A stretch of DNA of 64,000 nt from Patescibacteria group bacterium. Its GTDB lineage: Bacteria > Patescibacteriota > Patescibacteriia > UBA10025 > JAHIVO01. The notes below the pieces were generated by a model. It worked only from the letters and a program-made list of their open reading frames with translations, searched no databases and was not told where the DNA came from. The stretch's first letter is position 1; each line of letters begins with the position of its first letter. The translations under genes were made by a program, and so were the position numbers. The stretch lies in the NCBI GenBank assembly GCA_028718605.1, contig JAQULM010000001.1:19244-83243 (forward strand), given 5' to 3'. Positions 37,432 to 48,497 of the stretch are shown piece by piece.

Positions 37432-37989
37432 TTATTGGTTCGTAAACGGAGAAGTAAAATTTTGGAAAAAACCAAGCGAGGAATCCTTCGCTGATACGGA
37501 TGGTTTCGTAACGGGCCACGGTATATTGAGTGTCGGATCATTCCATCGGATGCCGCTATCTGAATTCGGAGCGTACAAATTGTCCACTTTATACATGAAT
37601 TCCGTATCAGGTTCGAGCGTGCAGAATCCGTGTGCGAAGCCCCGCGGAATGTAGAGCATGAGGAAATTCGAGGCGGTTAACTCAAACCCCTGCCATGTAC
37701 CATATGTTTTTAATGGTCTCCTCAGATCGACAATGACATCGTACACGCTTCCCCGTACGACGCGCACAAGTTTTGCTTGAGCGTGCGGAGGGAGCTGAAA
37801 ATGTAGCCCGCGAAGGACACCGGCAGCTTTTGACATTGAATGGTTGTCCTGTATAAAGTGCGCAGTAATCCCCTCTTTCGTGAGCCATTCGCTGGAATAC
37901 GTTTCTAGAAAAAAACCACGCTCATCACGATGAACATCCGGCTTGATTAACCACGCGTCTGGAAAATTTGTTCGGATAAATTCTGGCAT
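37432..37989 (-). CDS. rfbC: dTDP-4-dehydrorhamnose 3,5-epimerase RfbC/RmlC
   Basis: 185 aa cupin with the RmlC pattern (FIQDNHSMSKAAGVLRGLHFQ...KLVRVVRGSVYDVIVD). Confidence 0.85.
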   Translation of the reverse strand: MPEFIRTNFPDAWLIKPDVHRDERGFFLETYSSEWLTKEGITAHFIQDNHSMSKAAGVLRGLHFQLPPHAQAKLVRVVRGSVYDVIVDLRRPLKTYGTWQGFELTASNFLMLYIPRGFAHGFCTLEPDTEFMYKVDNLYAPNSDSGIRWNDPTLNIPWPVTKPSVSAKDSSLGFFQNFTSPFTNQ

Positions 37990-37995
37990 GCGCTC

Positions 37996-38826
37996 CTATT
38001 TTTTTAAATACTCGCGTAATGCATTTTGCCAGGTCGGTAATACCGGTAATTTCGTATTGATAAGCACTGAATATGCTGGCCGTACTGCATGCCGAGGGTA
38101 GAAGCTCGCTGGCACTGGATGCAGTGTAACATTAATTTTGCTCACTGCAAAGATTTCACGCGCAAAATCAAACCATGTGCACGCGCCAGTATTTGTAATG
38201 TGGTATACGCCAAACGGCTTACCAAGTAATTCGCGTGTCGCTTGCGCAAGATGGGGTGCGTACGTCGGGCACGACAATTCTTCATTTACAACATTGAGTT
38301 TATTTTTTTTCTTAGCCAGATCAAGCATCACGTCGACAAAACTCCTTTTGCCAGCAGCCGACATGGATGGCTGGCCAAAAAGGCGGGAAAGGCGTATAAG
38401 ATAAAACCTATCGCAATTTTTTTGCACTTCCTGTTCTCCTAAATACTTTGATCGCGCATATGTTGATTGCGGGTCTGGTGAATCTGTTTCTGTATACCCT
38501 GTTTTCTTATCTCCTTTAAAAACATAATCGGTACTGTATTGGATAAGTGTTCCCTTTATTTTTTGCATTGCCGCAGCGAGGAAACCGGGCCCAAATCCAT
38601 TTACCTTATTTGCAATTTCCTGCTTTGTTTCAGCGCCATCGACGTCATTATACGCAGCTGCATTAATAGCGAGTTCTGGTTTTTCTTTGCTTATCAGCTC
38701 ATTCACCATGCGCTGATTTGTAATATCTATGGTATCAAAATCCCACAGCAGTGGGTTCTCCGCCTTGAATGCCTTTGCGAGCTCCTGTCCGAGCATCCCT
38801 TTTGCACCAATAATAATTACTTTCAT
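37996..38826 (-). CDS. rfbD: dTDP-4-dehydrorhamnose reductase RfbD/RmlD
   Basis: 276 aa, MKVIIIGAKGMLGQELAKAF, an SDR-type Rossmann fold. Confidence 0.8.
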   Translation of the reverse strand: MKVIIIGAKGMLGQELAKAFKAENPLLWDFDTIDITNQRMVNELISKEKPELAINAAAYNDVDGAETKQEIANKVNGFGPGFLAAAMQKIKGTLIQYSTDYVFKGDKKTGYTETDSPDPQSTYARSKYLGEQEVQKNCDRFYLIRLSRLFGQPSMSAAGKRSFVDVMLDLAKKKNKLNVVNEELSCPTYAPHLAQATRELLGKPFGVYHITNTGACTWFDFAREIFAVSKINVTLHPVPASFYPRHAVRPAYSVLINTKLPVLPTWQNALREYLKK

Positions 38827-39449
38827 AAAATTGCTCCTCCGGTTATTTTAATAACATAGCGCTGTACGCCGAGCATTCTCGCTCCAGCGCCGCGATATCG
38901 CTTAAACCGGTTATACGCACGATTAAATGAGATCCGCGACGGCCCTGTTGCGCGTGAAAATGACGTGCACGCATCAGAAAAAGCGATAATTTTTTCTTCT
39001 GTTGTGCGAGGGAAAAAATCACGCGCGATAAATCCATGTTCCCTGTTTGTGACTTTGTCTAATCCGCTGCCGCCAGCATGCGTAATGCATACACGTGCAA
39101 GCTCTGGCCAGCCTTTCGCCATACACAAACGATAGCCTTCAAATAAATGGTAAATCGGGGCTACCTGAAGGCGGCTTGCCTTGCTCCCCACCGCCATTCT
39201 TCCAATATCATGGCAAAGGCACGCTGCTTTCAGAAAACGTAAGTTTACCGAGTAGCCGTTTGAAATCGCATTATCAGCGATTCGTTTTGCCCCTTTCCAT
39301 ACAAGCTGTGAATGCCGCCAGGTGTCGCGCACCTGCTCAGGAATGCCGTGTTTTCGGGCAATCAACCGCATCCACGACTTAATCTGCGCAATTGACGGCA
39401 ATTTACCTGAGTTCATACTGGCGGCGATAATAGTCTTTATAAAATTCAC
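38823..39449 (-). CDS. HD-domain metal-dependent phosphohydrolase embedded in the rml operon
   Basis: 208 aa with the HD motif ...ACLCHDIGR.... It is visibly GC-richer than neighbouring genes. It overlaps the rfbB stop by 47 bp (alternative internal starts M12 or M27 would reduce this) and rfbD by 4 bp. Confidence 0.55.
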   Translation of the reverse strand: MNFIKTIIAASMNSGKLPSIAQIKSWMRLIARKHGIPEQVRDTWRHSQLVWKGAKRIADNAISNGYSVNLRFLKAACLCHDIGRMAVGSKASRLQVAPIYHLFEGYRLCMAKGWPELARVCITHAGGSGLDKVTNREHGFIARDFFPRTTEEKIIAFSDACTSFSRATGPSRISFNRAYNRFKRYRGAGARMLGVQRYVIKITGGAIL

Positions 39450-40554
39450 CTGACTTTATCGGCCGCCACCACTGTTCATTGCTGCGGTACCATTCGATCA
39501 TCTTCCGGAGATACGTATCAAGATCGTGTTTTGGCTGGTATCCAAGCTCTTGATGCGCATACGTCCAATCAATCGCATACCGGCGATCATGCCCAGGCCG
39601 ATCTTTAACAAATTCTATTGAAGATTCATCCTTGCCCATTATTGCTAAAACTTTCTTAATCAACGCTAAATTATTAACATCATCAGTCAATCCACCCAAG
39701 CAGTAGGTTTCGCCGGGTTTTCCTTTTTGCAAAATGAGCTCAATTCCCTGGCAATGATCCAGTACGTAGAGCCAATCACGGACGTATTTCCCGTCTCCGT
39801 ATATCGGTACTTTTTTATTTTCCAAAAGATTGGTAATTGCGAGCGGCAACAATTTTTCCGGGTACATGTACGGTCCATAGTTATTCGATGTATTGGAAAT
39901 AGTTACCGGCAAACTAAAGCTTTCCCTATACGCGCGGACGATGAGATCGGACGCTGCCTTTGATGCCGCATACGGGCTTCGCGGATTATATTTTGTCTTT
40001 TCGTTAAATTTCTTCCTTGCTTTCAACGTAAGAGCACCAAAAACTTCATCGGTTGATACATGGTGAAAACGTTTTGACGAATCGTATTTTCCATTAGGCT
40101 TTCTCCATGCTTTTACGGCAGCTTCAAGCATAATATGCGTACCCCAGACGTTCGTTTGGATGAAATCAAACGGAATTGGATGAAGCGGATTAGCATTTAA
40201 AACCGAGCGATCGACATGGCTCTCGGCGGCAAAATGAACGATCGTATCTACTCTCGAAACCTCCTCAACCAGTTTGGAAAAACTCTCCCGGTCGAATCGG
40301 CCGTATAATTCAGACTTTTTCAAGGTATCAGGTTCGTTCCCTGCTTGTTCGGTGTACAGAGGGCACGTAATATCAAATTCCCAAAGCCTGTGATAGCCTT
40401 GATGGTTTTTATCGATATCGACAAGATTCATTCTATTTCCGCAATATGTCAAGGCATCCAGATTAACAATATGATCATCCGGATGTTTATCAAGCCAGTA
40501 GCGTATAAAATTTGACCCGATAAATCCCGCTCCGCCGGTGATGAGTAGTTTCAT
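39403..40554 (-). CDS. rfbB: dTDP-glucose 4,6-dehydratase RfbB/RmlB
   Basis: 383 aa, MKLLITGGAGFIGSNFIRYWL, with the YxxxK catalytic motif. Confidence 0.9.
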   Translation of the reverse strand: MKLLITGGAGFIGSNFIRYWLDKHPDDHIVNLDALTYCGNRMNLVDIDKNHQGYHRLWEFDITCPLYTEQAGNEPDTLKKSELYGRFDRESFSKLVEEVSRVDTIVHFAAESHVDRSVLNANPLHPIPFDFIQTNVWGTHIMLEAAVKAWRKPNGKYDSSKRFHHVSTDEVFGALTLKARKKFNEKTKYNPRSPYAASKAASDLIVRAYRESFSLPVTISNTSNNYGPYMYPEKLLPLAITNLLENKKVPIYGDGKYVRDWLYVLDHCQGIELILQKGKPGETYCLGGLTDDVNNLALIKKVLAIMGKDESSIEFVKDRPGHDRRYAIDWTYAHQELGYQPKHDLDTYLRKMIEWYRSNEQWWRPIKSGEFYKDYYRRQYELR

Positions 40555-41093
40555 ACTTTTAAAATCGTCTTAACTTTTAATAATGCGGCAATCGTAACAG
40601 CATCATCTATCTTCCCGTTGATACACCATGAAATTGCTTTTCGAAGCGGCATACAGAGAACTTCTTGCGGACCATCCTCGGATATTTGCTTTTGCTTTAC
40701 CACTCTCAGGGATTGCGCCAGGAACAGAGAGGCGTACTCAGTGCCAACGCCCGGAAACACAACAACCTTCCCGACACATTTCCATCGCTTTGCATCAATC
40801 CCCGCTTCCTCGCGCAGTTCTCGCCGTGCTGCTGCTAAAAATGATTCATCATGGTCTCTCCCTCCCCACGGTATTTCAAGTGTAAAGCGTTTGAGCGGGT
40901 ACCGCCACTGTCTGATCAAATACACGCATCGATCTGTATCAACAGCCACAATAGCGGATGAACCGCGGAGATCAAAAAAACCGTAGATACCTTTTGTTCC
41001 GTCTGGGCGTAGTACTTTATCCTCCTGCACGCGAAGCCACTGATTTCGATATACGGTCCTTGAGCTTACTGTTTTCCACGATCCGTGCGTCAT
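40551..41093 (-). CDS. NUDIX hydrolase
   Basis: 180 aa with the Nudix box GGRDHDESFLAAARRELREEAGI. Confidence 0.75.
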   Translation of the reverse strand: MTHGSWKTVSSRTVYRNQWLRVQEDKVLRPDGTKGIYGFFDLRGSSAIVAVDTDRCVYLIRQWRYPLKRFTLEIPWGGRDHDESFLAAARRELREEAGIDAKRWKCVGKVVVFPGVGTEYASLFLAQSLRVVKQKQISEDGPQEVLCMPLRKAISWCINGKIDDAVTIAALLKVKTILKV

Positions 41094-41530
41094 ATAACCT
41101 TATAATTATAAGTCTTCGCATACACATCAGGAGTATTCGTCAGCACAACAAGGGGCTGAAATTTTTTTGTACAATTGCGTACGGCGTGCGGTACGCGCGG
41201 TGGAATGTAATACATCGTATAGGAATTTTTATTGCCTGGAGTTATTTTTATAACGGTAATTTTATTTGTTACTGGATCAGCAAGTAACAGCTCTAAATTC
41301 CCGAGTGGACAGAATAGTTCCTTCTTAGATGTATGAAAGTGATTTCCTGCGATATCGCCAGGACCGATATTGTTTAAATACGCGAAACGTGGCCGAAACG
41401 TCAGCTTTTGCTCGTTGGTATTCGGCCATAGATGGGACAGCCACCTGTTGCCTTTTGTGGAACGACGGCCTTTGATAATTCGCCAGTAGAGTTTATTCCG
41501 TTGTATGCGCGAACGATTTTCTGGCCTCAT
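41090..41530 (-). CDS. Cupin-fold protein, possibly a WxcM/FdtA-like sugar 3,4-ketoisomerase
   Basis: 146 aa, IAGNHFHTSKKELFCPLGNLELLL... (an HxH cupin motif). The rml/nucleotide-sugar context supports a sugar-modifying role. Confidence 0.35.
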   Translation of the reverse strand: MRPENRSRIQRNKLYWRIIKGRRSTKGNRWLSHLWPNTNEQKLTFRPRFAYLNNIGPGDIAGNHFHTSKKELFCPLGNLELLLADPVTNKITVIKITPGNKNSYTMYYIPPRVPHAVRNCTKKFQPLVVLTNTPDVYAKTYNYKVI

Positions 41531-41542
41531 GGGTGCTTCAAG

Positions 41543-42808
<1,266 letters not shown>

Positions 42809-42839
42809 TTATATGCCAGGCAGTACTGAACTTATTTTA

Positions 42840-43250
42840 TTAATTACTTTGATCATTTGATAATGTAATTGGAAATAAAATTAAAATAATTCCAATAATA
42901 ATTGAGATAAAATAGCTCATTGGACCAATCATTTTAATCTTATTATAAATTATTAATGCGACTGCAATTGCGATTAAAAAAAATATTATATAACTTCCTA
43001 AAGAAATATTAATTTTTTTATATGCGACGGTTTCATCACGAAAAATAATTGTTAATAAACCACTCACACACGTAATAATTAATAGAATATTAAGATTAAA
43101 TATGTTCGAAATAAGACCTACTTTAAAATTTTCTACTAAATAAAATAATAAATAACTAATAAAAGAGGCTTTGAAAATTTCGATGACGATTTCATGTATA
43201 ATGAATAATAATCTCTTTCTTGCCTGTATTGATGCGGTATTGTTTTTCAT
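42840..43250 (-). CDS. Small hypothetical membrane protein (4 TM)
   Basis: 136 aa hydrophobic ORF at the edge of the AT-rich island. Confidence 0.3.
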   Translation of the reverse strand: MKNNTASIQARKRLLFIIHEIVIEIFKASFISYLLFYLVENFKVGLISNIFNLNILLIITCVSGLLTIIFRDETVAYKKINISLGSYIIFFLIAIAVALIIYNKIKMIGPMSYFISIIIGIILILFPITLSNDQSN

Positions 43251-43267
43251 TATTATAAAATCGTTTA

Positions 43268-45037
43268 TTACTTATTGATCATATTAGATATATAGCTTTT
43301 TACTTTTTGTAAAAAAGAATTGATAGTTACCGGTGGCTTTTGGAAGCGTATATCAACTTCCTTTATTTTAAGCATTCTATTGTTTTCCGGTAAACCAGGT
43401 AAACTAAAAATAAAACTCGCCATTGTCTGCCCATTTTTTTGAGAATAATATAAATCAGGTACTTCGATAGTTGCTTTTGCTGTAAGCCATCCATCATTTG
43501 ATTGAGCATGAAGATAATCAGCAATAATAAAATTAAAATTGTCAATATCATTTACTTTCATCAAATCCTCAGTAACAAAAAAATCTGGATTAAAAAATTG
43601 ATCAGGTGAAAACGCAAAATAACCGTCTCCACTGATAATAATATCATTACGAGGTGAATAAATTGTTGTCATTCCTGGTGATAAGTTAATTTCCTGAGGG
43701 ACATGTACTTGATCAATAAATACCTTTTCTGACCCAACTCGTAGAGTTTGTATACCCTTTTCATGTGAAGTTTTTATTTTAATTTTGTTACTATTTGTAT
43801 AAATTGTTGTTGGAGTTAATTGTTTTTCTCCAAGAATCTCAGAATATTCGGGATTATCCGTAGGATAAATATTCTTCTTAAACATGATGAGATTCTGTGT
43901 TGTTTCAATTTGCTTAATAAAAACATCATCGTCAGTTAAATCTATGACAAGTCTGTATACGCCCATTGGAAGATTGTCTAATAAAAGTTGATGACGTCGT
44001 TGAGGATAAACTTTTCCTGTTGCTTCCGTTTCACCATCATCGGGAGCGATAACATCACTAATTTTTTTATTACTACTATTAAATACTTGTACATGAAATG
44101 GATCTTCTCCAACATGTCTGTTTATATCCTGAATAGTAAAAATAAAATTTAAATCTTCATCTTTACCAATATACGTATATATTTCGTGCGAGCCACGAAT
44201 ACTTTTATCAATAATAATTGGCTTAGTACTTTTCTTATAGCCAGGCATTTCTAAAAATGCAGATAAATTATAATTGTATTGCACGACACCCGTTAATTCA
44301 GGTAAATGATCCAAAAAATCCTGAATATGTGAAAATTGTCCCTTCACCTCTCTTTGTATCTTCGCCTCACCAGTAATTGTCTTCAGTTCATTATTGTATT
44401 TTGTTAGTATTACTTGTTTTTCAGAATCATACGAAGAACTAATATTTTGATTTTGTATAATACGATTTGATTTGTATTTTTCATCAAGAGAATTTAATTC
44501 TTCTTCCTTCCATATATCTAATTCGTTTTTTTTCTGTGAAAAAATTAAATCTCTTGATAATTTTTCTGTTTTATATTCATTGTCCTTTTGCCATAGTATA
44601 ATATTATTCTCTTCAATTTTACTCCAATATTCTGGTAAGTTCTCTAAAATTGGTTGCCAAAATGCCATATCGACATACGAATACGCACTATTCGGTTGTT
44701 TTACGCCGAGTTGAATTTTGGGTTGATTATCTGGATTTTGATAAACTAACGAAACTTCCGCCTTTGAAAAAGGTCGAGGGACAATTACATTAAAATATAC
44801 CGGCGATGTAGTAATTAACTGAAAGTAATCCTTATTTCCTGATTTATTTTCAGTTCCAATGATGCGGTCACTCTCTTTTTGTGCAAAATTTTTAACTACC
44901 TTCGATTCCTTTTCGACATGATAATGTATTTCTAGTAAGCCACTAGGCACGAAATATTGAGTAAGGATATATATAATCAAAATTACAGGTAAACACCAAA
45001 TTATAATTTTGAAAAAAATTAAAATTTTTATTCGCAT
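43268..45037 (-). CDS. Large hypothetical membrane-anchored extracytoplasmic protein
   Basis: 589 aa with an N-terminal signal-anchor (MRIKILIFFKIIIWCLPVILIIYIL) followed by a ~560-aa soluble region. I recognise no motif. It is co-directional and adjacent to the GT-C gene. Confidence 0.4.
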   Translation of the reverse strand: MRIKILIFFKIIIWCLPVILIIYILTQYFVPSGLLEIHYHVEKESKVVKNFAQKESDRIIGTENKSGNKDYFQLITTSPVYFNVIVPRPFSKAEVSLVYQNPDNQPKIQLGVKQPNSAYSYVDMAFWQPILENLPEYWSKIEENNIILWQKDNEYKTEKLSRDLIFSQKKNELDIWKEEELNSLDEKYKSNRIIQNQNISSSYDSEKQVILTKYNNELKTITGEAKIQREVKGQFSHIQDFLDHLPELTGVVQYNYNLSAFLEMPGYKKSTKPIIIDKSIRGSHEIYTYIGKDEDLNFIFTIQDINRHVGEDPFHVQVFNSSNKKISDVIAPDDGETEATGKVYPQRRHQLLLDNLPMGVYRLVIDLTDDDVFIKQIETTQNLIMFKKNIYPTDNPEYSEILGEKQLTPTTIYTNSNKIKIKTSHEKGIQTLRVGSEKVFIDQVHVPQEINLSPGMTTIYSPRNDIIISGDGYFAFSPDQFFNPDFFVTEDLMKVNDIDNFNFIIADYLHAQSNDGWLTAKATIEVPDLYYSQKNGQTMASFIFSLPGLPENNRMLKIKEVDIRFQKPPVTINSFLQKVKSYISNMINK

Positions 45038-45078
45038 AGTATTTTTAATATGCCATTATTTATAGCATATATTGCGAC

Positions 45079-46776
45079 TTAATGCAACTGATATAGTATT
45101 TGTCCGCCTGTATCTGAACGATATAATTCTGATAGTATAACGCCATGGGATTGAAAAATATTCAGGAGTTGATTGCTCATTGTGTCATCGGTAGTATAGA
45201 AAAAATATAATGGTACTAATTGATGTAAATGATTAATCACTGAGCTTGCCAATTGCTTATCAGAAGGAAGTCGAGCTATAATCCTTCGTTCGGGAAAAAA
45301 AATCTTATCTGCGTTTCCTGCGATAATAATCGCTTCTCTTTCGGTTATAGCGATTACTTGCTTATCAATTAATTTATTCGCTTCAGCATATTTTTTAATT
45401 TGCACTAATCCATCAACTTGATTTAATAATACTTTTTGTATAGAAATAGTACAAACAACGAAAATGAAAAGACTGAATAAAATTTTTCTTAACCATATGG
45501 ATTTAAAAACTGTTATTATATCTATCAACGTTATGATTATGATCGGTAAGCAAAAAACATAAATTGGTAGCCAATATCGAACAAACGAAGAGCCAACAAT
45601 TATTTGTTCACCATCCTGATATTCGTAAAATGACGCAGATCCGTAATAAATAATTAACCATATACTAAAAACAGTGAACAGAAAATAATATAGTTGATGG
45701 GAACGAGGTACCCTTCGACTATATTTTTTTATTTCAGCAAAAAAATTACACATTGAATTGCATATAATATTTTTTAAAGTTAATATTATACCAGTTAATA
45801 ATAAAAAGAAAAGTATTGGTAAAAGAATAAAACAATACTGATAAAAATTTGATAGTGCGTCCAAAATATTTAACTTGTTATAAATAATTAATCGACTTAG
45901 TTTAATAAAAAATGCCTGTTCCGTGGAAGTTGCCGCAGAAGTACTATGCAATGAAGTTCCGTATGGAATTGCGAAGATTGAACCATATATAAAATGGTTC
46001 AACATAAAAAAAATAAGTATCCATAATAAAATAGGAGTCAGGATCGAAAATACATCTCGCCAATGTACAACTTTCCGGTTTGCAAGAATGATAATTATAA
46101 TAGTAGCTAATACCCATAATATTTCAGATGTTCGTACCCATAAAGCACATCCAATGAATAATCCACTTGTTACATAAAGCAACCAACCAAATCTACTCAA
46201 GCTACATTTAATTCCTTTTACTAAAAAATATAAAGCAATAATAAAAAATGAAATAAATAATATATTATGAAACATGCCACGACTACTATAATACCAATAT
46301 GGCGGCATGAGTAATAAAAGTAAACTGGATAGAAATGCAATTTTTTCATTAAAAATTAAACGTAGTAATAGAAAAAAGAAAATAACTCCAATAATTGAAA
46401 AAAAAGGTGTTAGAAAAGGAATAACCCATGTACCAAATAATTTTGCGATTGTGCCATAGAATATAATTATTCCAATAAAACTGCTTGGGACGGTTCTTCC
46501 ATCTACTACCTTCATGCTTCTTGGGTGAATATACCCATCAGCAACTTGTTGCAATGAATCATTAAAATAAAAGGTTCCTTTTTCAGCATAAAGATTTATA
46601 AAAAAATAATTTGCTGTTTCATCAGGTGAAATAAATTTTTGATTTACACCTTTTAAAAACCAACTGTAAATAATAAAAAATACAACTGCAAAAAATATTA
46701 GTATAAACAGTATCCAATTTTTTGTCAGAAGTTTTTTCATAAATATTACAACAATAATTATAGCATAAATCAACAA
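45079..46776 (-). CDS. GT-C fold polytopic glycosyltransferase (PMT/ArnT-like)
   Basis: 565 aa with 13 or more TM. The first loop carries FISPDETANYFF, the DE motif of GT-C enzymes. An alternative start is at M13 (MKKLLTKNW). Confidence 0.45.
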   Translation of the reverse strand: MLIYAIIIVVIFMKKLLTKNWILFILIFFAVVFFIIYSWFLKGVNQKFISPDETANYFFINLYAEKGTFYFNDSLQQVADGYIHPRSMKVVDGRTVPSSFIGIIIFYGTIAKLFGTWVIPFLTPFFSIIGVIFFFLLLRLIFNEKIAFLSSLLLLLMPPYWYYSSRGMFHNILFISFFIIALYFLVKGIKCSLSRFGWLLYVTSGLFIGCALWVRTSEILWVLATIIIIILANRKVVHWRDVFSILTPILLWILIFFMLNHFIYGSIFAIPYGTSLHSTSAATSTEQAFFIKLSRLIIYNKLNILDALSNFYQYCFILLPILFFLLLTGIILTLKNIICNSMCNFFAEIKKYSRRVPRSHQLYYFLFTVFSIWLIIYYGSASFYEYQDGEQIIVGSSFVRYWLPIYVFCLPIIIITLIDIITVFKSIWLRKILFSLFIFVVCTISIQKVLLNQVDGLVQIKKYAEANKLIDKQVIAITEREAIIIAGNADKIFFPERRIIARLPSDKQLASSVINHLHQLVPLYFFYTTDDTMSNQLLNIFQSHGVILSELYRSDTGGQILYQLH

Positions 46777-46826
46777 TTCTGTGCTAAAAGCATAAAATTA
46801 CTGATTTTAAAAATCAGACCCAAGAA

Positions 46827-46856
46827 TTGACAAAATAACCAAAAAGGAAGTATAGT
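46827..46856 (+). promoter_or_regulatory. Candidate sigma70 promoter for the surface-protein gene
   Basis: -35 TTGACA (46827-46832), an 18-nt spacer, then -10 TATAGT (46851-46856). It is preceded by a hairpin CTGATT-ttaaa-AATCAG (46801-46817). Confidence 0.45.
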
Positions 46857-46889
46857 TAACGCGTAAAAAGTAAATAGAATAAAGCTAAA

Positions 46890-48371
46890 ATGATGGCTGG
46901 AATAGAAAATAGATTTCCATATCGGTTCCCTATTTTAGTAATTATTAGTGATATTTGCTTAACAATATTGCTTTTTGTCTTAATGTCTCAAACAGTCATT
47001 GCACAAGAAATTACTGATAATACGATAACTGATACGGCATCAACATTAATTATTATTAATAAAACGATTGATGAACAGCCTGAATCTAACTCGATCATTA
47101 CAATCCAAGTCGTACAGAATAATGCTATAACTTCTCAGACATTATTAACTGATAATCAGGGGATGGCTTCATACTCTGTCAGCACTTCTAATGAAAACTC
47201 TTTACTCAATATTATAGAGGAGCCTATCATGGGTTTATCACTCGTGTCTGCGAATTGTGAAATCGTGAATCTTGAACCTGCTAATCCCACTGAGGAACAA
47301 GAAGAAGCTGCTTTAGGTAATAATTATTCAATGTCCATTGGCTATTTTGATGGTCAGGACAGTGTTGATAGTATTATTCTACAAACTGGAAGGACTATCA
47401 ATTGCACATTTAATAATCATCGTTATTCATTTTGTGGAGATGGAACGGTACAAACAACAAACGATGAGGGTATAACAGAAGAATGTGATGGTAATGAAAA
47501 CGTACTAGATGAACATTATCTTTGTTCTGCCGATTGTCGACTTGAATATATACCATATTGTGGCGATGGAATAAAAAATGATTCAGAAGAATGCGACGGA
47601 CTGGATGGTCTTTTACCAAATCAAAATTGTTCAGAAAACTGTTTACTTGAACAAAAGCAGGCAGATGAAGTTAACTTAGAAGAAAGTATAAACGAAGCAA
47701 GTCTTGTAGTTCAATTTTCGGCTGAAAAAACATCACTGTTACCCGGTGAAACTGGTCAATTTAATCTTTTTATTACAAATGATGGATTAGGTGAAGCTCA
47801 AAAAGTAAACTTAAAAGTTGTATTACCATCTGAATTTTCCTTTATAGAACAAGATAAAAAAACACAAGAAAAAAATTGGACGTGGGATAATTTAACAAGT
47901 AAAAGTACGATTTCTTTGTCATATATTGTTATAGCAAATAGTACGGCAAAACAAGGCTTGTATACCCAGACGGCCACCATAGCTGCTGATAATCTTACAA
48001 CACCCACAATAACTGAAGTCGATACAAAAATTAATCAATCCGGTATTATTAAAATTTCAGACGCAAGTACTAATCCGCAAAAAAAGAATTCATTATCGGC
48101 TGATAATCAAATTGCACAAAATGTATTGGGTTCAGTTAATAAAACTGACGATATAACCACCAAAGTAGAAGATGCAACCAAAATACCCAATGATACCACC
48201 GTAAATCCTCAGCAGCAATCTGACACATTGGATATAATGAACAATAATACCATTGTCCCTATAAAATATATTGAATCGGCAGTTCAGACCGATAATACTT
48301 CTATACTCATTATTTTTAGTGCAATTACAGCTATTGGTCTTTATCTTATCGTTACAAAATTAATTAAGTAA
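46890..48371 (+). CDS. Secreted Cys-rich repeat / DUF11-like cell-surface protein with a C-terminal membrane anchor
   Basis: 493 aa with a signal peptide. Repeated CGDG...EECDG...C modules resemble the Myxococcus-type cysteine-rich repeat. A DUF11-like segment follows (LLPGETGQFNLFITNDGLGEAQKVNLKVVLPSEFSF), then a Thr/Asn/Gln-rich linker and a terminal TM (ILIIFSAITAIGLYLIVTKLIK). Confidence 0.5.
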   Translation: MMAGIENRFPYRFPILVIISDICLTILLFVLMSQTVIAQEITDNTITDTASTLIIINKTIDEQPESNSIITIQVVQNNAITSQTLLTDNQGMASYSVSTSNENSLLNIIEEPIMGLSLVSANCEIVNLEPANPTEEQEEAALGNNYSMSIGYFDGQDSVDSIILQTGRTINCTFNNHRYSFCGDGTVQTTNDEGITEECDGNENVLDEHYLCSADCRLEYIPYCGDGIKNDSEECDGLDGLLPNQNCSENCLLEQKQADEVNLEESINEASLVVQFSAEKTSLLPGETGQFNLFITNDGLGEAQKVNLKVVLPSEFSFIEQDKKTQEKNWTWDNLTSKSTISLSYIVIANSTAKQGLYTQTATIAADNLTTPTITEVDTKINQSGIIKISDASTNPQKKNSLSADNQIAQNVLGSVNKTDDITTKVEDATKIPNDTTVNPQQQSDTLDIMNNNTIVPIKYIESAVQTDNTSILIIFSAITAIGLYLIVTKLIK

Positions 48372-48497
48372 TAATTAATCAAGAATCTATATACGTCGCA
48401 GTATTTGCCGCCTCGCTTTTAGCATATATTTAGTTCAAAAAGACTGTAATAAACATATATTATTTACAAATACATTTGATATTATTTAAATATAATA

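Larger units (their letters stand above)
42840..48371. other. Very AT-rich block, putative horizontally acquired surface-glycosylation island
   Basis: Base composition drops sharply relative to the rml/ahcY genes. The block contains four genes without recognisable housekeeping function (three on the minus strand, the surface protein on the plus strand). Confidence 0.4.

Noticed and set aside
48372-48497. GC-rich patch CGTCGCAGTATTTGCCGCCTCGCTTTTAG after the surface-protein gene as a terminator
   Set aside because: I could not fold it into a clean stem by eye, so I left it uncalled.
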